From NCBI GenBank assembly GCA_030141605.1, contig JAQGDQ010000016.1:62001-126000 (forward strand): 64,000 nucleotides of DNA, read 5' to 3'. This DNA is from Tubiluchus corallicola. Taxonomy: Eukaryota > Animalia > Priapulida. The position numbers and the translations under genes were made by a program. Positions 57,135 to 64,000 of the stretch are shown here, piece by piece; position 1 is the first letter of the stretch; every line of letters begins with the position of its first letter. The notes beneath the pieces are model-generated. The model was not told where the DNA came from, did not search any database, and saw only the letters and a list, made by a program, of their open reading frames with translations.

Positions 57135-57186
57135 CTGTAAATAGATGTTTAAAAAATTATAATCCATCCAGTCCACTATACGTAAT

Positions 57187-57654
57187 GTCGAAATATTAAC
57201 ATTTGCTTTCTTTACTGGTCACATTTTTGTTGTTTTTAACTGTTATGAAAATATGCAGATTCTGCGTCATTGACTTTTTCTTTTGCTCAAGAAACTTTAT
57301 TCTTTTTACTGAGAAAAGCGACTCTTATTAAAAACTTCAAAAAATACTACAAACGTTTCCACTGCATGGCCTAGCAGTCGTCACCAGTGTGATAGTGTAT
57401 GGTTGCTGTTTGTTTGCTTTCTCACACTGAAGACAATTGCTAGGCCAAGCAATGGAAACGTTTTTAGTATTTTTTGAAGTTTTTGATAGGAATCGTTTCT
57501 CTCAGTAAAACGAATTACGTTTTTTGAGTAAAAGAAAAGTCAATGAACATACGACACAGAATCTGCTAAAGTTTCAGATCAGTTAAAAACAGTGAAAAGA
57601 CAAACGGTACTGAAACAAAGTTGCTTTAATCGAAAGTTAAAGTTAATATTTCGA
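57187..57654. mobile_element. Palindromic MITE (~220-bp arms)
   Basis: GTCGAAATATTAAC...AAAAACTTCAAAAAATACTA.AAACGTTTCCA..GGCCTAGCA is mirrored by TGCTAGGCC..TGGAAACGTTT.TAGTATTTTTTGAAGTTTTT...GTTAATATTTCGAC. Confidence 0.82.
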
Positions 57655-58269
57655 CTCCTTATGTGGAGGTAGTTATAAAGGCTGATACATACTGAAATTA
57701 GGCTAGGTTTTACTCTTCACGTATAACCTATATTTAATTTTTAAATTTTGAATCCACAAAAGATTTTATTGTCAGAAAAGCATCTATTTTAGTAGATTAT
57801 GGGATTTTGCTAGGCAATTGTGGTTGGCAAGGCAACCAATTTTTTTCCTGAGAAATACGACTTTTCAAAGTTCCAGCGCTTGATGATGATGATGATCGTG
57901 AAAACGTCAAAGATTAAGCGACTAGACAATGCATTTACTTACACTTGCCAACGCCTCGAAGCCCCTTCGATTGTAGTAACCGTTTTAACAGCTAGCTAGA
58001 ACATTATCTAGTTCATTTTGTCTTGATTCCAAGCAAGTTCCTGCTAGTAAATCACTCTAGTACACAGACTAACTCATAATTAATTACATTCTATGTAAAA
58101 CAAGTGAAGTTACTGAACCGATGCCACTGACGGCTTTGCTTCACGTACATGTCACGTGATGTTTGTAGTTCAGACGCGTTGCTGTGGTTCACCTAACCTT
58201 TGACCTACAGCAACTACACATGCACAGCGAAAGTGTAAAAAGGCTTAACAGAACTCAGATGCCACATGC

Positions 58270-58301
58270 CGCGGCAGCAGCAGCGGCAGCGACAGCGACA
58301 G

Positions 58302-58356
<55 letters not shown>

Positions 58357-58465
58357 AACAACAACAGCACAAGAGCAACAACAGCAACAACAGCAGCAAG
58401 AACATCAGCAATGAAACTAAGAATGACGAAAATGACAATAATGATGACAACGGAAATGACAATAA
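58270..58465. repeat. Compound (GCA)n/(GACAAC)n/(CAA)n microsatellite
   Basis: Directly visible. Confidence 0.92.
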
Positions 58466-58894
58466 CACTGATTTACAATAAAAATATGTCGTAATGCATG
58501 TTCTATCTTGCATGTCAAAGTTTCAAAAAGTTTGGGTGGTAAAAATTCAGGCCACAAATGTGACAAGAGTCATCTCTGATGGTCAGTTGGAACATTTAAT
58601 TTCTCAAACGCCTCTTTTAGTTCAGGTATCCTCGTCAATGTTGAACTGAACTGGAACTTAATCATATTGAAACGAATTAGCGTATCTAGAATACTAAAAT
58701 CGATTTCATTTTCAAAAACTGAACTGACAGGAAACGATTTAAACAGATCTAATTGCGTGAGCCACTTATAATTATTTCCAGTTAACATAAAATCACATAA
58801 TGATGGCAACGATTTATCGTGGTTTTGCTGCAGGCATTTATCGTTGCTGCAGCTGCTCTGGCTACCATGGACAGCAGAAAAGCGCAAAATATAC

Positions 58895-59030
58895 AACTAA
58901 CTACCTCGGAGTACTGTATTTCCACGTATAAATCGTACCCGCGGATTGAAGGCCAGAGGCGAGTCGGTGAAAGTCGGTGCGGCGGCGTTTGTGTTTATCT
59001 CAAAAACGCCAACAGAACGCTTGAAAATTA
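58895..59030 (+). mobile_element. Possible LINE endonuclease remnant
   Basis: SEYCISTYKSY...RCGGVCVYLKN resembles the APE-domain I.GY...R..GGGV.IY.K motif; short and isolated. Confidence 0.35.
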
Positions 59031-60550
59031 ATTATTAAGCCTTTGGCATTGAGTCCACTCTTTCGCAATGTTAGGTTATGCACATGCTGTAAAAAGTAGT
59101 AATTCATGCGTACTGCGCAGCTAATCTGATGTGCAGAACAAGTTTCTTGGCGAACAATCCACTATTTTCATACCTGTTCTTAGTCCGCCTAATTATGCAT
59201 GCTTGACTGACGTATTTTCTCTGCAGAGGTCATTTCGAGTGTATCATTATTATGGTAAACAAATGATTCACAAAATTACCTCATGTACAAAGGCTGCCCC
59301 TCATTGTTTGCTGTTTTAAATGTTTGTGTGGGCTTTGCTAATTAAAATAATACAACTAATCGCCAGTGATAACAGAAAAAAACTTGCATATTTTATGTAT
59401 TATTTATTTGTACAAAAAGCACATTAACACAACACAACCACAACTGTTTTAATATTTTAACCTGCGTATCCATTCTACTTATTCAGTAGGATACCGCCGT
59501 CCAAAGAAAAATTTCTTCGTCACTGTTCTCAGGTCAGTGTGGTCCTAAGGTAGCGCGCTGGCATGCATTTACCCAAGCAGCGCTAGGAAACACTCAACGA
59601 TTGCTTCATAGAGAAAGTTAAAAAATGCCAAAGTTTAATATTTTGGCGCAGTCTTGCTTTATCATATTTCATTCATGCTAGGCAGTACACAGTGATTACA
59701 AGCAAAATATGGATGATTTACCTCGTTTATGGGCTCACGTCAATTACCGTCTGCTGAAATTAGAGGGAGTTCTAAAGGTATACTGACTTTCTCACAGCAT
59801 TTGGTTTTGTGCATTGCACAATTATTGTTTTATTTTTGGGTAAACCTAAAATCTGTTGACGTCATTACTGTCGCCATAGTTCATTACATTAAACTTAAAT
59901 TACCAGTGTTATTGTCATATTTAGTGAGACACCATAATGGTTTAGATTGCGGTAAAGTAGCTATTGTAAGTTGCTGACAAAGCTTACAATTGCATGAAAA
60001 AAATTTGCGTGAAATTCGTACCAAGGTTTTTCTTAATGACACTCGTAATAACTTAATAGAACGATTGGCAGAAAAGAGGATATTACAAGAAAACTTTACT
60101 ATAAAATAGTTTTGTTATTTTTATAGGCGAGTAAAAGTTACTATAAAGTAATCCATCGGATCAGTTTTGCGTGGGAGGGAGAAGTTGATTCTTAATTTTA
60201 AAAAAAACTTTCATTTTCTGTCATTTTGCTTCTTCGTGCCATACTATACAATTCAAAAAGTTTCTGTACTGTACTGTATCATAGTCACAGAATATACCAG
60301 AATATCCCAAAGTGCAATTTATTTGAATCAGGTTTTAAAGCCTGAACGACAAGTCAGAAAAAGACAAAAATTACAATGGCGCCTGCTTCAAGTTACAATA
60401 GTACTAAAAGCAGAGATTCCATTTTTTTATGAAAGCAATAATTTGAACAGTGCATACTGGGTATTAAGCGTTGTATCAAACGCCCAACTAGATATTTGTT
60501 GGGATAAATAAATTCATTTTTGTTGTTTCTAGTCACAGTTGTGCAAGAAG

Positions 60551-60990
60551 TAGGGGTGAGCATCAAACGTTCGAGTTCGAACGTTCGAATCGAATTCGAA
60601 CGCTCGAATTCGATTCGAACGAGTTTTTTTAGTTCGAACTCGATTCGAATCCAAAACTATAGATTCGAATAATTCAGCACTTCAATCACATATGTTCCTG
60701 ATCACTAAAACGATTGAAACAACATGCAATTAGCGTAATTTAGCAGTGATTTCTGTGCACAATTTTAAACAAATTACAAGTCGTTTTATTGCAGAACAAA
60801 ATCTAGTGATACACATGATCTTTGTAAGACTAATTTTTACTGGTGGTTCGAAAACTTGTTCGAAAATCGTTCAATCTCAATTCGAATTCGGTTCGACTTC
60901 GAAACACTGAAGTTCGGTTCGATTCGAATTCGAAAGTCACAAATTCGGTTCGATTCGAATTCGCTTTCTGGTAGAGAATGCTCACCCCTA
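60551..60990. mobile_element. hAT-superfamily MITE
   Basis: Perfect 13-bp TIR TAGGGGTGAGCAT; perfect 8-bp TSD GCAAGAAG; dense TTCGAA subterminal repeats. Confidence 0.93.
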
Positions 60991-61429
60991 GCAAGAAGTA
61001 GTACAAGTTGTTTTTTAAACCGAAGAAGAAAATCATTCAGAAAATTCCAAAGACATTCTTGGGATAAGCACGGGCGCACCTGTTGCCCGATCGTTTACTT
61101 CCTGCATGCTGGCTAACTGATGTCAAACGTCACCTTCCTTTTTCGTGGGCATTTAGATTAAAATGAAAATAAAACAAAAATAACAAGATTCGCAAGATAT
61201 CATGCAAACGCATCGAGCTTTCAATCAGATTTTAAAATCAGTCTTCACACTAAGCGGAAGGACTAATTTTTGAAGAGCTTAAAGGAAGACAGAACGATTA
61301 AAAATGGCTCACTCATTATAATAAAATTGAGTAATCCTCAGCGTAAAGTTAAAATAACAACAATGTTCAAGACAAATGCGTCCGGTGCATACTAGAAAAA
61401 ACTAAAGTGCAAAACTAAGGCCTAATTAT

Positions 61430-62275
61430 ATACAATAAATGAACATATTTACAAACACAATATTAAAATATTTTTACAAAAAAATATTACAAAAAAAACA
61501 TTAAATTTTACAAGACATATTTTACACTATATATACATTTAACATGACACAACAGAAACATGTTTTACATTACATAGTTTTTTTTTTAAATTTTACATTT
61601 TTAATCGTTTTGTAGAGTTAGGGGCGGGGGTAGATGAAAATTGAGTCTGTGTAATTAGTATCAGATGCACAATGTGGAAGTTGAAACCTGTTATATTGAT
61701 GTTCTTTTAATTTCTTTTTAAAATGGTGGAGAGATTCTATTAGTTTTATTTCACTGGGTAGTAAGTTCCATAAATGTATGGCCTGTTTTGATATAGAGTT
61801 ATTTCCAAATTTATTGTTTACTGTAATTTGCTTTAAATTGTGTGTTCTATTGTTTAAAGTGGTATCAGGAATGAATGCTAAGGGATTGTTTATAAACGGA
61901 ATGCTCAGTTTGTTGATATATTTATAAAGAAATATCAGTGTTTTGTAATCTCGATAGGCTTCTAATATTGGTATTTTTGTGGACGTTCTTAAGCTTGTTG
62001 CAGATGCAGCATGTTGTTTAGCAGTTTTATTAGAATAGCCATGAATTGATCTAAGTGCGTAGTTTTGCATTGTATTTAGTTTTCATTTTTGACGTTTTGA
62101 AGTAAAGTGCAACCATACAGATAATGTGGTAATATTAGACTTTTGTAGATGAGAATTTTTGTTTTCTTGGTTAGATGGCCTCTGGTTTGGCGTAAAAATG
62201 CCGTGCTTAATGCCATCTTGTTGTGTATTTGTTGAAACTGTTCATCCCAAGTGAGTTTATTATCGACAGTAATGC
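61430..62275 (-). mobile_element. LINE (L2/CR1 group) 3' fragment
   Basis: ORF 61618-62070 (QNYALRSI...LIFLYKYIN...RTHNL...AIHLWNLLPSEIK..SLHHFKKKLK) plus upstream ITVDNKLTWDEQ-like sequence; AT-rich 3' UTR. Confidence 0.82.
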
Positions 62276-64000
62276 ATTAGTAATAATAATCGGTAGTAAT
62301 CGGTAATAATCGGTAGTAATATACTACCCCGTTTTCAAGCATGGTAAAACCTAATCACATTTTAACACCAATAGTACTGTAAAAGCATTTCTAATAATTA
62401 AATAATAGATTAAAATCTTAATTAACGACATGCGACGCCAACTAGTGATGGCATCACAAACTAACATAATTTTCAACATCAAAAACATTCCACGAGCGTG
62501 TTGCACGTGTTTGCGAATGCAAAAATGGAAGAACAGTGCTACTGTAAGATATTCGGTGTGTTGTGCTGAAACTGGGCATGTTTTGAGATAAAAATTCAAA
62601 TTTTATGTTTACTGTTGTACTCACGCATGAGCTGTCGAACGTGTGTAGTTCGTCAAAAACTAACGCATCTGAACTGAGAGGTACAGCACCTGTTTTTGTG
62701 CAATGCTTTCTGAAATGCAGGCGATGGTGACATGCATGTAACAGCGAAGAACTAATGGGGCAAATGCGAAATTGTGTTTTTGTGCTAATAATTCTTTCAC
62801 GTAAGTCATTTTTGAAAAAAAATTGTGTTTACTTTCAATATGTTAAAGCGTAGATTGTTTTGACCTATAGTCTAAGAATGGGTCCGATTTTCCTTTATTT
62901 CAAGCGGTTGGTTGGAATTTCAGCGCACACTTGTTGAACACTAAAAATAAAGAGGTGACATAGATTTGCTTTTCAAAGAAACCAAAAACTGCGCTGTTGA
63001 TCAAATTGTTGAGTTCTGATAAAAACTAGAAGCTGTATGTGATGACCCTGATCCTGTATTTCCTCTAGGGGAATCAAAAAGGGGCATGCTGCGTTAGTCT
63101 TACATCTCATAACAGAAGGGAGCTAGTATTATAGTCACTAAATGTATGGATGCAGATCGGCCTAAGGCGGATGTTGAAAATACGGGGACTATGGCCTATT
63201 TGCACTCTATACACTAACGGATCTGAAAAAAAAAGAAAAATCAAATAGCAGATATTAAAATAATTAATCAAACAATTTAATCATCAAGAAATTCTAAAGT
63301 GATTCAATTTAAGCAAAAGTTCAGTAATAACAAAGATATAGCAATATTGACAAAGCTTGGGGTTAGTAGGGTATATACGTTTGCATAAAGTTCATGTCTG
63401 CCCACTTTGTACCTAGGTTTTTTGAAACACCTTTCCTTTAAAGCGAACAGTTTGTAGAACGGTAGCAATACGTCGTAATATAACCTCTGCGCCTGAATAC
63501 AGTTGTGATTCCAAACTTCGTCAGAGAAACTATAAATTAGTCTTTACCCAGCAAGTAGCATCGAAGAACATTAGGCTAGTATACGTGATGTTTACGTTAT
63601 CAGTGCGACATTAGTTACGATCGTAACAAAACCGAAAAGTACCTGTTACCACCCTGGATGTGATTCTGTAGTAGGTCGATCCATTTGTCAGTCAGTGGCT
63701 AACTCCACTACTGCAGACTGCAGGCCAGCATCTCTGGGACAACTCTGGTTGACGACTACAGGTCACGACAACTAGGCTCTCACTGTATAACCATGTACAG
63801 TACACACCATATCTTGTGTGAAACTTTCTAGTACGGCATTTCCCTTCAAAAAAACATATAACTTCACAGAGACGAGTAAACGACCTGTCTCGTTCTGTGT
63901 CAAGTTGCCATCCATATCTAAACAGTGTAGAACGAAGTTCATCGAGAAGCCACTCGCGTAAACAGCTATAATTTTATTCACCTGTGTACCCTCGTTAACC

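Noticed and set aside
58570-58896. 108-aa minus-strand ORF as an upstream SULT exon or separate gene
   Set aside because: It has no SULT motifs or recognisable domain and no convincing splice partners.

Overview
AT-rich, intron-containing animal (invertebrate-like) genomic DNA; nothing here looks prokaryotic. Gene models were built by hand from GT-AG splice sites and phase matching. (1) A minus-strand cytosolic sulfotransferase (SULT) cluster: SULT-A (27273 to <591, last exon outside the window), a complete 6-exon SULT-B (53436-45762, 326 aa) and a two-exon pseudogene relic (57134-56436). (2) A plus-strand secreted CAP/SCP (CRISP-like) gene nested antisense in the ~21.6-kb second intron of SULT-A (10138-20895, 330 aa). 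Its hinge is followed by an acidic (TEDPP)n spacer and, via a phase-matched final exon missing from the ORF track, a 47-aa Arg/Trp-rich tail with 20 basic and no acidic residues. This looks like a CAP-carried, charge-masked cationic peptide precursor and is the most novel signal in the window. (3) A plus-strand type I membrane Ig-superfamily gene (31186 to ~43941) with Kirrel/nephrin-like N-terminal domains, two Fasciclin-III-like domains and an acidic Tyr-rich tail. The rest is LINE fragments, hAT and other MITEs, a SINE, a probable LTR/env relic with a duplicated structured motif, palindromes, and mini- and microsatellites. Family assignments rest on motif recognition, not database searches.
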